NCBI RefSeq assembly: GCF_000143415.4
Contig: NW_003314285.1
Coordinates: 336,152-400,151 of the forward strand
Length of the DNA: 64,000 nt
Direction: 5' to 3'
Origin: Selaginella moellendorffii
Taxonomy: Eukaryota; Plantae; Lycopodiophyta
A model generated the notes under the pieces. The model was not told the origin of the DNA, ran no database searches, and saw only the letters and a list, made by a program, of their open reading frames with translations. Position 1 is the stretch's first letter. Each line of letters starts with the position of its first letter. Made by a program: the position numbers and the translations under genes. Shown piece by piece: positions 1-15,000 of this stretch.

Positions 1-1560
1 CATACCCTTTGACAACTTAGTCACAACAACAAACTCCTTAGCTACGGCACTGATGTTGTTTATCCTTATATTTATGCATTTCAATGCCTTTGCCAGCTTG
101 ATCTTCTCTTGTGCACCTTTTGAAATGGAAGACCTATATTGTATAGCCTTCCCATTTCTAGCTGGTCGTGTATGCCGGTCTAGTGTTGACATTGGTGGCA
201 TAGTAGTATCAATAGCAACATTTGAGGAAGTCTTCAGCTTGAAACTAGCTCTCTCCAAACTTTCAATCTCTTCTTTTAAAAGATTGCAGCTTTGCTCAAC
301 TGGCCACTCCTCTGGCACAGAATCTGGCTTCGAGATAATTGAGTTGTGGATCCGGTTTGTATGAGTAACATCAGTCCCACAACAGTAAATCTAACTTGAC
401 TAGCAGCCCTTTACCCCTAGATCTTGACAGTCCCAGAAACATGGTACTGCTAAAGAACTTGAACATGAGCGCACAAATGCAAGACACTGACCTCGACTCC
501 CAATCATTCCAGAGCAACGCACATTACTCTTGGCACTGACTCTTTGAATTGCCCAATTGATATGAGAAACTGGCTCACGAGCAATAATCTTCTCAACCTT
601 TGACACTGGATTTACTTGTGTAACAATTGGCACCTCCTCCACTCCATGTTCCTTAATTCTTCTCCGGTGTCGTGGAATAGAATGGTAGTCAAACTCTAGA
701 CAGTGAGAGCTAGAAGGAGTGATGTTAAGCCCATCAAATGTTTGTCAACACTTCAAACGGGCTGTCCTCATGTCCCCAAGTGGTTCATTGTAGTGCACTT
801 TATCTCTTTCCCCTTAAGCCAACTGGAAAAGGGGCAATTGCTTGATGAGAGAGCCTTTAGTGACTATTTTATCCCCATTTATCCCCCAAGGTTCCAAGGA
901 TCCATAGTGACAGTATATCCAAATCTCATCCCATGATCACATGTGCTACACTCACCCCCTCTTCAGAGATGTCAATGTCCTCATTGATTATTGAGATGTT
1001 AATATCCTCATTGATTATTGACTAATAACCCCTACTGAGCCAAGGGGAACCAACACTTCCATTTCCACACTTAATTTACCAATCCTTCCATTGTGTAGAC
1101 CAGTTATTCCATATGAGGCAACTAGTCATCCACCCGTACCGCAATCCCATGGTGGATACCTTCGTCCGTGGATACTCCACACAAGAGGAAGGACGTACGC
1201 ATGGATGCCCAATACGTACGATTTCAAATTTAGGGGTAGGAATATACTTTGCTCAAGGGTATATTATATTTTTAAGTAGCCACTAATCAATGGAAATCGA
1301 ACCCGTGCCATTTTCTCTGATACCAATTGTAGCGCACTTTTATCTCTCTCCCCTTAAACTAACTAGAAAAGAGGCAATTGCTTGATAAAAGAGCCTTTAG
1401 TGGCTATTTTATCCCCATTTATCCCCCAAGGTTCCAAGGATCCACGGTGACAGTATATTCAAATCTCATCCCATGATCACATGCACTACATTCATAACTT
1501 GATTCCATAGGAGTTTTAGTAATAACTTCCCCTTGAGAGTCTGTGCATCTGTAAACTCTT
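1..1560 (-). pseudogene. Fragment of a MULE/SWIM-type transposase, paralogous to 16766-21705, interrupted by the TRIM at 789-1490
   Basis: Minus-strand translations YEPLGDMRTARLKC (joined across the TRIM), SSHCLEFDYHSIPRHR, WAIQRVSAKSNVRCSGM and IYCCGTDVTHTNRIHNSIISKPDSVPEEWPV align with IGDMKIVRSKC, SSHRPNVEYHSAPRHR, WAIRRVPAKSNVRCVGM and LYCCNTDTNHMKRLEDTIVTKLDVIPKEWPV at ~20790-21270; contains stops. Confidence 0.8.
789..1490 (-). mobile_element. TRIM (terminal-repeat retrotransposon in miniature), complete copy
   Basis: Direct LTRs 789-950 and 1328-1490 (TG...CA); 5-bp TSD TTCAT at 784-788 and 1491-1495; minus-strand PBS TGGTATCAGAG (tRNA-iMet type) at ~1315-1325; PPT AGGGGGTGAG at 951-960; no coding capacity. 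Confidence 0.93.
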
Positions 1561-1859
1561 AGAGGAGGTGCTCATAGGGATAACAGGGGTGAGTAAAATG
1601 GTATTTAGACAATCCAAGCTCCTTTCAGGATCAACTCACTTGCGGGCAGTGCGTGAGTAACACCACATGCAGGGCTGGTGAGGGAGTGTGCCAGTTGGGC
1701 TATGCTCAAATCTTGGAGCTGACTGGCACCATGGTAGTGGGTGTGGGTGATACAAGGTTTGCAAGTGACCTGAAGGTGTGTGCAACCTGAAGGTGTCAAG
1801 GTAGTTCTTTGAGCTGTCAAAGGAGGGGAAGTTGAAGAAGCTGAAGTAGCCGCCAGTGA

Positions 1860-2330
1860 TTCTCCAACATCTGCTCAAAGAGCCTGAGAGCCAAGGCTCC
1901 ATCTCCCTGGTGGCAGTAGCCGGCAATGATTGCCTTCCAAGTCACGGCATCCCGTCCCCCACTGACTGCCGAGTCAAAAACTTTGCGAGCTTCCACCATG
2001 CAGCCATCCGTAGAAGCCTAGTAGAGAATTCATGATGACCACCTCGGCTTCCATCTCGGTGTGACGGATTTGCTGGTGGATGGCCCTTTTGGTCTCCAAA
2101 GCCATGGAGCTCCTACAGGCCCGGAGCGCGGGGGCGTAAGTTGGAGTGTTGGGTACCATGCCTTAAACTTGCTGCATCCACGAGAAGAGGTCTAGTGCAG
2201 CTAGTGCTTGTTCCATCTGGACATATCCGACCATCAGCATTGTCCGCGAGACAACATTGTGCCTCTCCATCCGGTCAAAGACTCTCCGCGCATCCACCTC
2301 TTTGTAAACCACCCAGTATTTGCTGGGCAA
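1860..2330 (-). pseudogene. PLS-class pentatricopeptide repeat (PPR) gene fragment
   Basis: Frameshifted pieces DARRVFDRMERHNVVSRTMLMVGY, GMVPNTPTYAPALRAC, VIMNSLLGFYG, EARKVFD...DAVTWKAIIAGYCHQGDGALALRLFEQM. Confidence 0.85.
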
Positions 2331-2889
2331 GTACTCATAAATAATAATGATGAGATCAAAGAAAAAACAAAAGAAATCATTTGTCAAATGTTTGCCATGA
2401 CAATTAATTACAAAAACATTAGTTGCATCTAATAGTCTTAATTTTGGAGAACTAGTAATGAAGATTGGAGTCACCTATTGACAATGCTTTTCTAATGTTG
2501 AACCATAACATTTATAATATTTTTGCAACAATTAGTATCCTTTATATAAATAACATTTTAATTGTTGTAAATATAACAACAAATATTTTGCAACAATTAA
2601 CATCCTTTACAATACTTTTGTTTACCATAATACCTTTTTTTATATAAAGTGTTAACTCGAAAAATATGTCTAGATATAAATATGCTTTTTAATTTACAGA
2701 AACCAAGATGTTTTTGATAAATATTGATGTGGCATATTAGGATATCCAGATATTAATATAGTGCTATATACATTACACATACTTATTAAGTGGAAATTAT
2801 TATTTGTATATTGTAAACATCAGTGGTAATTTCTAATCATATTGTGAAGTAGCATAATTTCCAGCAACAATGATATGTGAAAGTCATAG

Positions 2890-5800
2890 ATGTCCTTGGC
2901 CCAATATTCACAAATGTGTCCTTGGCCCAATATTTGCCTACAAGAATTATATGTAGATTTGCACCCTAGAAGGCCTGTGGTTGGCATAATGGAGCATATG
3001 TTGAGCACATGTTGACCAATATGAAATACCAACTTTAATATTTGATAGCCTACTTGCTATAGCATATGTGATTATGGAATGAGATTTGAATATATTCTCA
3101 TATTAGATCCTTAAAACCTTGAGAAATAAAAAAAGATAAAATAGTTATTAAAGGTTCTTTTATTAAGCAATTGCTCATTTTTTAGTTAACTTAAAGGGAG
3201 GGAGATAAAGTGCGCTATATCCAGTATTAAAGATAATGACACAAGTTTCATTGTGAAACTACAATATGAGTGGATGATTAATTCCTAAAACTGTTTTTTA
3301 TATACTATGTGGTTTATACAAATTCTTGGTAATGCTTTTTGGTTTGAGCAATATTTCAGTGACTTTTTAGCAAATGATGGATAAAGTTCTTTGCAATATG
3401 CTAGAACTGACTTTATCGATGATGTCTTGATTCATTTAAAGGGGATATAAAAGGAACACATCCATGATATTAGCAAAGTGTTAGATCAGTTGCAGGAAGT
3501 TAGTTGAAAACTAAAGCGGTCAAAGTGCATATTTGGATCCAAGAATATAATTTATCTTGGGTATCATATTTATTGTGAGGGTTTGTAAATTAATCATGAC
3601 AAAGTTGTAGTTGTTCTAAAGTTTTCTATTCGAAGTGTGTGAATGATGTGCAACACTTCCTAAGCAAGATATAGCATTTCAGTCATTTTATTGATTATCT
3701 TTTTTATTATATTGTACTATTGTGAGTGTTGTTGAAGTTGTTGATATTATCTTTCATCTAGTCAGAGGACTAAGAACAAGCATTCACGGATCTCAAAGAG
3801 ACATTAATGACTCCTCCAATTTTGGCATATTTTAAATACACTTGATCATTCATTTTACATATAGATGTTTTGATATCGGTCTCATGAATGTCTTGATGTA
3901 AAAAAGTACAAGTGTGCATGGTTAGCATCATCCCATTATGTACATCAGTGGTATATTACAGTCAATAGAGGTGAACTACTCCATGATAAAAAAGTGTTTA
4001 GTAGTAGTTTAAGGTTTTGAAAAGTTTCATACATATTTGCATGGTTTTCAGACATTACTAGAAAGTGATTATGCAACAATTACTTTATTATTGAAGCTTG
4101 GTTTGTTGTATTGCTTGATGGGCTTTGAAGCTTTAGATATATAATTTCAAGGTTATTCATTGCTTAAGGAGTTCTATAGTTGATATTGATGCCCTTTCTC
4201 GAATTTTTCTCTCTTTTATGCTCTTGTTTTATATTCTTAACGAATTTTTTATTCCAATATCTGTGGATTTTCTAGACAAAAATTTTGTGCTGTTAGAGGT
4301 TGTTGTATTTAATATTTAATATCCACAAGATGTGGAGTAAAATCTATTTTCTTTTAACAAGGTTTATAAAACTTAAAAAGGTTAAGCTGTGGATTTAAAA
4401 GCTTTATAATGGGTTTGAGAATCTTATATCGTTTACTGATAACTGCCATTTTGGCATTTGAAGACAACCTTCTTTATTTTGTCAGGAAAGGTCTTAATGA
4501 TCATTTACAGTTGGTAATGTCTTTGATGTTTATTTTGTGTTTTCTCCATATTTATCATGATTCTCCTATTCTAAATGGGTATATAAGACATTGTTGTGTA
4601 AATGAGAAGCTATGTATGTCTTTTTATTAGTTGAAGATATAGTGCTAATATGTGTGTAGTTGTGTTTAATGCTAAACTCGTAATACTTCCCCTCATACTA
4701 TAGAAAGACAATTAGAGTTAATTATAATTTCCCATTTATTTGAGTTGGTAGCATTTGATGTGATAGAGCCTTTAACATGGTCAATTGCTAGTAATGAGTA
4801 TGTTATTATTATTTTTTACTACTTAACTCATTAGGTGGAAGTTAATGCTTTTGTTAGTGCATCTACAACTACTATTGAATACTTTCTCCTCAATCAAGTG
4901 GTGTTCCAATATTCTTATCTAAAGTAAATTCTTTTGAATAATGGTCTTGCATTAATGGCTAAGGCATTTCATATTTTAACATCTTGGTTGGGGATAGACC
5001 ACACTTTCACAAGTACTTATCATCCAAAGATGAATGATTTGCTAAAACAAATTGTTCAAAACTTAAATAATTATGAATTACATGAAATTTTTGCATTTGA
5101 TTTGGGATGGTTATTTACCTTTTCTTTGGTATGTGTATGTTATATGGGTACAGAGTTCTATTAATGCTTCACTATATAAATTCTTATATGGTTATGATCT
5201 GATACTACTAACAGAATTGAGTTTATTTTTGTGATTACTATAAGCTATTAATGATAGGTCTAAGAATCAGTATTTGATGAGTATTTTTCCATTAGTTCAA
5301 GTGGAGTCTATTGAACATTTGGGTTGTGTACAAGTGGGACAACAACAATATTACAATTCCCATTATCGCCCATTTACAAAGTATAAAGTGGATAATTTAG
5401 TATTAATTTCTTTTTCTCAATTTTACAGTATATGGTTTATTTAAAGTATCAGATGTTGCAACAAGTTAGACGACAAGTTATTTAATATAACATTCAATTG
5501 GCCAGAAATTATATATGTATAGCAATTAAAATATTTTGTACAAAGGAATCAAGAATAACTAGCACCACCTATAGTTCTACTAGTGTCTCCTTTTGATGTT
5601 CCTTCAAATCCCAACCTGTCAACTAAAGAATCTTGATTGCCTTCCATCCTTCAAAGAAGAGGGGATCATATAAGGTCCAAATGTATAATTATGATATCAT
5701 ATATTAATTTTAGTATGTGGGATTTTGGTAGTGATTGAATTAGTTTCAATCTTAAAAAATCCAGCAGGATCAGGTGGTGCTACACTAGAATCTTAAGTAT

Positions 5801-6430
5801 TTCCTTTAGAGAGTTTTTTTATATTTTGCTGGACTAGATTGGTGATTGTCGGCTCCTTGGAATGCAAGTAGAGGCTACTCAGTGTTGCCTTTTCAGTTGA
5901 TCCATCTCAGGTTTGTTGGACTTCTTTTTTGGATAAAAAGGCTCCTAGTTTCATTGTCTTTGTCCCAGGAAGTAGATTGATTGAATCATATGTGGGGAAT
6001 TATGTTCTTTATCAGTACTTAACTTTTTGTTTTAAGAGCCTTTCTAGCTTGTCTTCTCGTTTTCTATATGTAAGGTGTTTTCCAGTACTTGAAATACATC
6101 TTAAACCAGACTAGGGCCTCAATATCTTAATTGTTCCCATGGGTAAAGTCTTCATTCAAGTATCTAGCCAAATTCCATCTTGGATTCTTGAGCTTTGCAG
6201 CATTAGTTTGCTCCTCTGCACTTTCTACCGTGGCAGCACTTTACCAAGGTCTTTAGGTTACCATAATATTTTTAACGTGTTTGTTTACTTGTGCTCGGAT
6301 TCCGTCTGCTGGAGTGCTCAAGTATCTCGATTACAGGTGAAGATAGGCGATCAGAATATCAAAGATGTTAGCCGCGGTCTTTAATTGGGTATTGGAGTAG
6401 TACTGCAAAAAAAGATGAACTCCTAACCAC
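2890..6430 (+). mobile_element. Heavily degenerate Ty3/Gypsy pol region (RT, RNase H, integrase remnants) with probable PPT and 3' LTR
   Basis: GLYKFLVMLFGLSN-like (~3310-3352) and FIDDVLIH (~3412-3435) RT motifs; integrase-like FTSTYHPKMNDL (~5005-5040); purine tract AAGAAGAGGGG at ~5655; many stops. Confidence 0.75.
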
Positions 6431-6439
6431 TTGTACACT

Positions 6440-6830
6440 AAACAAGCTGCCATTCATGAGTCAATTCTCAAGTTTCCAAAGCAATACGAAACCATGGTTT
6501 GGCGAGAGGGGACTAAAGGTATTCAAAGCTCTTTACTTCCGTCTAGCTTTGCAGCTGAGTGGAGGAGAGATAGCGCTGGCAAGAGCATTCCTCAATTAAT
6601 CCTCTTGTAATTGTGTGATGAAGCAACGAGTGCTCTAGATTCCACCACCGAGGCAGAAATTCTATCGTCACTCAGGTCACTTGTGGCCGCCATATTCATT
6701 GCTCACCGTCTCACAACAGCACTGAACTGCGGCGAGGTATACGTTTCTGTTAGCTTTGCAAGACCTGGGCGGTATGCTCAGCTCTGGGCGCAACAGAAGA
6801 GCTTGGATTATGGTCCATCGCTGAGCTCTT
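6440..6830 (+). pseudogene. 3' remnant (nucleotide-binding domain) of an ATM1/ABCB7-like ABC transporter
   Basis: AAIHESILKFPKQYETMV..ERGLK, LSGGE, LCDEATSALDSTTEAEIL, IFIAHRLTT, GRYAQLWAQQ; frameshifts and deletions. Confidence 0.85.
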
Positions 6831-6842
6831 CGCCAGATTATA

Positions 6843-7158
6843 TGACCCTTACTACAACCAATCGCTCAGGAGCCAGTGTCCCAGCAGTGGTGGTGACTCA
6901 AACCTTTCTCCTCTAGATTTGCAAACTCCAGTGGTGTTTGACAACAAGTACTACAAGAACTTTATAAATTTCAGTGGATTGTTCCACTCTGACCAGAGAC
7001 TGTGGAGTGGTGGTGATTGGACAGTTGCGTAGCTGGTGCACACTTATGCCATGGATCAAGTGCGATTTTTCCAGGACTTTGCGACTGGAATGATCAATAT
7101 GGGGAACCTCAAGCCGCTCTTGGCTCCAAATCGTAAATACTGTGGCAAAGTGAACTAG
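6843..7158 (+). pseudogene. 3' fragment of a second, divergent class III peroxidase
   Basis: Translation DPYYNQSLRSQCPSSGGDSNLSPLDLQTPVVFDNKYYKN...GLFHSDQRL...FFQDFATGMINMGNL...RKYCGKVN*, with an internal stop; no 5' exons. Confidence 0.85.
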
Positions 7159-7224
7159 ATTTTTTCAACATATAAAAGTTATCTCTTGGTTCCAAGGTGT
7201 TTATCAAGTAGACTTTTTCTCAAG

Positions 7225-8419
<1,195 letters not shown>

Positions 8420-10982
8420 TTAAACACAACTCGAGCCGGTGTATTTTGACAAGCTTTTTGTTTTGTGATGGAATAAGTCGTATCCATTTCATGTGGTGAA
8501 AGTCGGCAATGGCACACAAGTTCAAACATTTCACCCTCGAAAGAACCATATCTCACAACCTCCAAATATCACAAGAGATGATCAAGCTTGTCATGATGCA
8601 AAAAAAAGTCAAGTACCGCTCAAATGCATCCTGTGACTTTGGACAAGTTTTTCTTGGTGGAGTGTTTTCACTCCCTTTCCGCCACCAAAGCATGCCTGTT
8701 ACAATTTTTCTTTGCTGGCTAATGCCTCCACAGCACAAAAACCTTGTGAATAAGACATTAGAACTTTCGAGGAGAAAGCCCCCTTCTCCTAAGTGCATTC
8801 TGCAATTAGTAAATGAGAAAGAGTTTGCCAGCAAAACAAATGCAGACTTAGATACTCTTTATTATCTTCACCTAAAGAGGAAGTACTTTTGAGACTAAAG
8901 TTGATAGAAAAATATAATACTTCATTTAGATATTTTCTTATAGTTTATTTCTACATTATTTAAAATATCACAAACTCTTATAAAAAATAAATAAGAGAAA
9001 ATTAATTTTTCATATTAAATATAGTTAGCCCAACACAGAATAATAATATTTTAGAACTTAATACAGACTTAAAATAAAATTTAACATGTATTTAATAACA
9101 ATTCATCTTTTTTGCTATACTAAGTGGTGTAATTATTATTATATTATATAAATGTGACTATTTTTAAAAAATGTAAAGTAAATTATTATTACTGTAAATA
9201 TATAATCAAAATATATAATCCTTTTTGTCTGTCTAAAATTAGATTTTTATAATATTAGTATTAAAAACACTAATAAAAATTAGTCAAAATAATAATCAAA
9301 GATAAAAAACTATAGTTTGAAATCATATACTATCAATTTTAGATTAGTTTGTTACAAGGGTAACATCTAGATATTAGAACGGTCCTAATGCATCCACCAT
9401 CTCAATGCTATACTTAGTATGCATAACAAAAGTTTAATGTTATTTTAACATATTGGTGGTCTAACTTGAGGATATAAATACTTTATCAGCTAGCATGGTA
9501 TGGACTTTGGGCTTAGGCCCAAGCTAAATGCAAAACAAAAACAAACATACAAGTGTAAAGTAAAATTATGTCAAGTGTAAAGTAAAATTGGTCAACCATA
9601 CCCAACATATCCATTATATTTCCTTCTAATAGTCTTTGTGTTATAGTGGTTGACTGAGTCAAAAAGAAGTATACTAATTTCTTTGAATTTAACATATTAT
9701 TTGTTGCGAATGTGACTTCGGGTATTGAAAGTTACCTGTCGGCCAATCCTTACAGACACTCTTTCCTTACTGCCACGGGGGATGGTCTAAAGTTGAGTTG
9801 AGCTCAATTCAACACAAGTCAACTCAATTCAACATAGTCAATAAGAAGTATTACAAAGGAGATCTAAATTGAACAAATGAAGGTTCTAGCAAAATTTAAA
9901 ATATTAAAATACTTAAATATCTAAGTTAAAAGTTTTTATAAGATTGAATTGTTTAAAAAAGACAAAGTTCATGAGAACCTATCTTTTATAAAACTATATT
10001 ATTTTATTATGACAACTATTACAGCTGTTATATTTGATTTGACTACTTAATATTTTGAATATTTTTACAGCTGTATATACTATTCCTTCATTCAAAAGAT
10101 TTTTTAGGGTTCTTGAGAAGATGGGAAGCAAGGAATATACAAAATCTGTGAGTAAGAGTTGTAGTGCAAAGGAATGTGAGAATGTTAATTTTGTTTCATT
10201 ACCACAATCTCTATATTACACACCTAGTCCTTATTACCTATTTGGGAATGTGGAGACCACTATCACGATTGATAAAAATGCTCCTATTACTTTTGAAACA
10301 ACAATCCAAAGCAATAGAAATGAAGAAATGAACAGCACGGTGGAAAGCACTAAGAAATCTACTCCATAAAACTTTCCATGACATTTGTAATTTACATATT
10401 AATTCATATTAAAAACTTTGTTGCTTGCCTATATCGCAATCCTCTCATATGATAAGACCAAGGTATATTTTGCAATGAATCCTCATTAAAAGTTTTCGGG
10501 AATTGTTTGTAAATAATGATAAAAGAAATCAAAATCTTTTGAAAAACTCAAAAGTAATATCACATCAAAGAATCAACTTTATCTACATTTCCAAGACTAA
10601 AAGGTAATCTCACATGAGAGAATAGTAACATGCCAACGTGCTCTGCCACTATAATATGGTCTATATTTCCTTGCAGTTTATTTCCCTAGACATTTGGCAT
10701 GTGTAGAAAAGAATATATATGTAGCAAAGTAGGATTCATCATAATGATAGAGCATGTGTATACACGATAATCTAAAATTCTAGAAGCTCTTATGTTTACA
10801 AGAAAGCTATGATTATGAAGCCCCATTTCCAAGACTAACATTTAAAGAATCTAAGTATTGTCAGTGTCATAATAAATTAACCTCATTCCCAAGACTAAAA
10901 CTTAGTATATAAACTATTTTAAAAAGTTATAGTCATTGTAGATTTTTTGTTCTCCTTGAGCTCCTTAGAAGTTTATATTGAA

Positions 10983-11529
10983 ATGGCTCAAAGGAGAGTC
11001 ATTACTACTCGTACTTGGCCCCCTAGCATTTCATATCAATCTCCACCTCCATCCTCAAGTTTTACTAACATTCCATCTTCACCTCCATATAACAATTCTT
11101 TTTCTACTGAGGGCTCTAGTGAAGCTGAACTAGAGCTCCCTATATGTGAAATTCCAGATCTTGCTACTAGAGAGGGATTGTTTCCAGTGCTTCAAGAGCA
11201 ATGCCACATGTTTTTGCAAGATTTTGCTCCTGACATGGCAAGACTACTTGAAAGAACAGAACTCTATTACATTTGGTGTCTAATATACTACTTTCTCTTG
11301 GACAAGACAAATGGCTCTATGGGTTTACAAACTTTTCTTGAGCACTATAGGAATTGCCCAACGGCAGGTCTAGAAAATGTGCACGTGTGAATGTACAATA
11401 GATTCAAGAATGAGTTATGGACACATACCCATTATCGCTTCATAGTGAGGAACAACATCCCCTTGAGAAACATTACATTGGCTAGTGCAAAATATGGGGT
11501 TTTTAAGCCACCCTACAATGGAATGTAAG
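10983..11529 (+). pseudogene. Small uncharacterised ORF (~180 codons, one internal TGA at 11388-11390), possibly transposon cargo
   Basis: MAQRRVITTRTWPP... Ser/Pro-rich N-terminus then globular-looking sequence; frame continues past the stop to TAA at ~11529; convergent on the methyltransferase gene. Confidence 0.35.
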
Positions 11530-12008
11530 ATCTAAAATTACTTTACTATACTATAGTATTGTCACTATTAAAAGAAAAAATATAATAAAATGATATTAGT
11601 TGTAGGTAACATACCTTGTTCTAGAAGGTGCTATCATATCACATATAATTGTTTACAAAATGTTGAAGGAGGAGATGGCAACACACAAGCGCTACAAAGT
11701 GATGGTGACAGGTGAGAATGATAATCTGCAATTATGGTATCTGACACTGACACTGACATCTAACATATAGCAAGCTTTCCATTTTATATAAGGATGCAAT
11801 TAACTTTTTTCTGCCTTATCATCAACATAATGATTTCTTTTATACTTTCTCCTATATTGGTATTGTAGGGAAAATTCACCTTGCATATGTTGAGCCATAG
11901 CTTCTGCATAGTCAAGGAGACTTCCAAAGCCTCCAATTCTAGAAACTCTAGGTGACTGTGATCTATAAAATAGAATGGAACATATATTGAAATTTTAATA
12001 AACATAAT

Positions 12009-15000
12009 TTACCTCCTTGAGGTTGAAGGCAACTCACAAAATCCTCTAAGCTGGCGTTTGAAGAAATGATATTTTTCAATAGCAAACACCAACCTACCAG
12101 AGTCACATGCTACTTCCACCATAGAACCGCTACCTACTGTGCAATCAATCACAACACCATCTGGTGGGCAATAGAGCTCAAGCAAGACTTGCATTGCCGA
12201 TAGAGTTCGGAATCGGTACCCTGGAAACGTGTTGCGGATCTGCTCATCCACAAGGTTGGGTATGACGTTAGTGGAACTGTTGTACCCAGGCAAAACACGT
12301 GTTGCATGTTCGCTATCACGAAACCCATCATGTGTGTTTCTACAGAGGGCATGATAGGTCCACATCATAACCTAGAAAATAAAAATATATAGAAATTAGA
12401 TAAAAATATAAAATACATACTCACATTTTCAGGCTTCCCTCAGACACCCCTCGTATCGATGCCAATAGGATCCATGATGCACCCGGAAGAGAATGACTTA
12501 AAATGAACTTCTGCTGCGCACGTCATAAGCTCATACATCTAGTTGGGGTCGTTCGGTAGGATGAAAACGACATGGCCGGCTTTGAGCATAAGTGCTTCAG
12601 ACAATAGGAATGCATCGCACAAGTGGTCAGGTGTGAGAAAGTTCCAATCCTCAACTTTCCCATCGATATCTGAAAGACCATCTGGAAAGTCAAAAAGAAT
12701 GAAGTCCACAATTGAGAGCAAGGGCCTTTGTATCTTTCGACACCAACGGTTGAATTGGCGCCGTATATCCATGTTGATGTCGTCTTCTGTGAAAGATGTC
12801 AACAATCTCCTGTAAGAGCCAATGAAGATACCCACAATGCCTCGTTGTGTTATTGGGGACATAGAACGGACCTATAAAAGAGCTAAATGAATGAAAATAG
12901 CAATAAATAGTATGCTACCATCATATGGCATGTTGTCAATAAGAGTTCCTCCAACTCTTTTTCACGAGCATCTCATCGAGCTGGAATGAAATTACTACCA
13001 ACAATCATTGCTGCAAAAAACATGTATTACCACCTTTAGTTTGTAAAATTCACTTTTGCTTACCTCAAGGTCACCATAATATTTTGTGAACCATTTGATC
13101 ATTATTATTTACTGGTAGAACTTGATCCGGATCTTGGTTGTTTGATGGTTGAATTGGAGTTTGTTCCTGGCTGTCTGATAGTGGAACACAAACTTGATCT
13201 GGAGCTTCCTCATCCTCATCTCCATCGTCACTTGCATTGCCATCGTTGCTAGCATTGATAACTTCCTCGCGATCTAGTGTAGAGGTCTCCTTCCCTAAGA
13301 GCTCTAACTCCCAAGCGCATTCTATCTTTTGTACCTTTGGAACTCTCACAAACATTGTTGGGTACATTCTTCTATCCCTTACACCTTTTGCAACAAGTTG
13401 AGTGCAAACTAGTGCCTCAAATGGTATGCCTCTATATCGAAGATACCTGTAAACAATATATAGTAAAAAACAGTCTTAAAAATTATATTATATCTGTAAG
13501 CTACATGTCACATGAAATAAGGTTGACCATGTTGGCAATCATAAATTGTTGTGCTTGTAGACTTCTTTGGCAGCCACCCCTCTTTGATCCCTTCTAATGG
13601 CATGTTGATGTAAGTGTCGAAAGACATGAATGTGCCATCTGGATCGTCACCAATGTGTGGTGCCAAGAATTTCTCACCTTCACTTATAATTTGTGTGATG
13701 TAGACAGCCCTTCTCATCATCTTCTCAAATAGTTCTGGCAGTCCTTTCTCTCTGTTCATCAAGCAGACATTGAGGAACTCTAGAGTATTTATCTATTGCT
13801 TATATGGAAGCTTCAATTTTGCGATATTGTAAATCATGTCATCTGGAGTTTTGTTCACTGCAAAAGTAACATATGCATAATTAAGAAAAATGAAAGTGTG
13901 ATAAGAAATTTACACTCATGAGAAGAAATTTCAACTATAGTCTCTAGCCACTCCTTCAGCTTGCGATTGTCTGCAATGCATACTAGTTTCTTCAACTTTG
14001 AGGACTTTGCATGTTGAATTTTATGCTCAATTTGTACAAACTTAGCTTAGAGCTCTTCTTGACTCTCCTCTGAATATGCAAGTTCGTAAGCATCTTGCTT
14101 GACTTTCACCAAAGGCTAAAAACCAAAAGAATTAAAAGAGGCTTTTATAAAATAAAAGGGAAAGACATACTTTACACCACACAACGAGCATAAAATTGAT
14201 TGGGTTGTTAAACAAAATTGTACCGTCATTTCAAGTGTGTGAGTGCTGAACAAGTGTTGCGAGATCATCACCATAATGTTGGCAGATGTCATCCTCACTC
14301 AAGTCTGCCAAAAATCGAAGTTGCTCAATGTCATGGACAAGGTTTTTTTTTTGAACTGCAAACTGCCCAAGCCTATATTTAAACACAACAAAACAAGTTA
14401 AAGTGGAGTTAGAGGTAAAATTATAAAACTTACGCATTGATCTTTTGGTAGGCCAAGATAAGTCTATTGACATCCAAAGGTCCCCTCGCGTAGACATGGC
14501 CGACTGGAACATTGATATGGTAGACAGGATCATTGCGAAAATGATCGTCGATACACTTCATCCAAGCTCCATATCGGTGGTTACCGTCAATAATTTGGAA
14601 CATTATCCTCGCAAGCTGTTGAGTCTCAGGATGTCTGATAAGCATGTCATCAAATTCTATGGACTTCCTCCTCCAAATAGGATCCCAGCTATTCACAATC
14701 TTGGGTGTGATGGTAATGATCTTCGTTGTTCCTGGCTTGCAAAAAGAGCCTAGAAACATACCGATATTTGTTGCAAGGCCATTCTATTTGAACAAGCTGT
14801 ATATATCCGGATTGACATACTTAAATGCTATGAGGACAAGGTTCGTTTGCTGCAAATGGCAAAGGGGGATTTCTCTGATCAAGTCACAAGGGCCTAACCA
14901 CTTGAGCGCCTCAAGTGTTTGGTGAACTGTTTTTTCCCTTATCCGCATAACAGTCTCTTGGAAGCGCTTGTCCACCACGTTGTCAGGAAGGTCTGCAACT

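Noticed and set aside
8509-8892. 127-aa ORF identical in both duplicate arms
   Set aside because: Identity is explained by recent duplication; it lies in the peroxidase upstream region and has no recognisable domain
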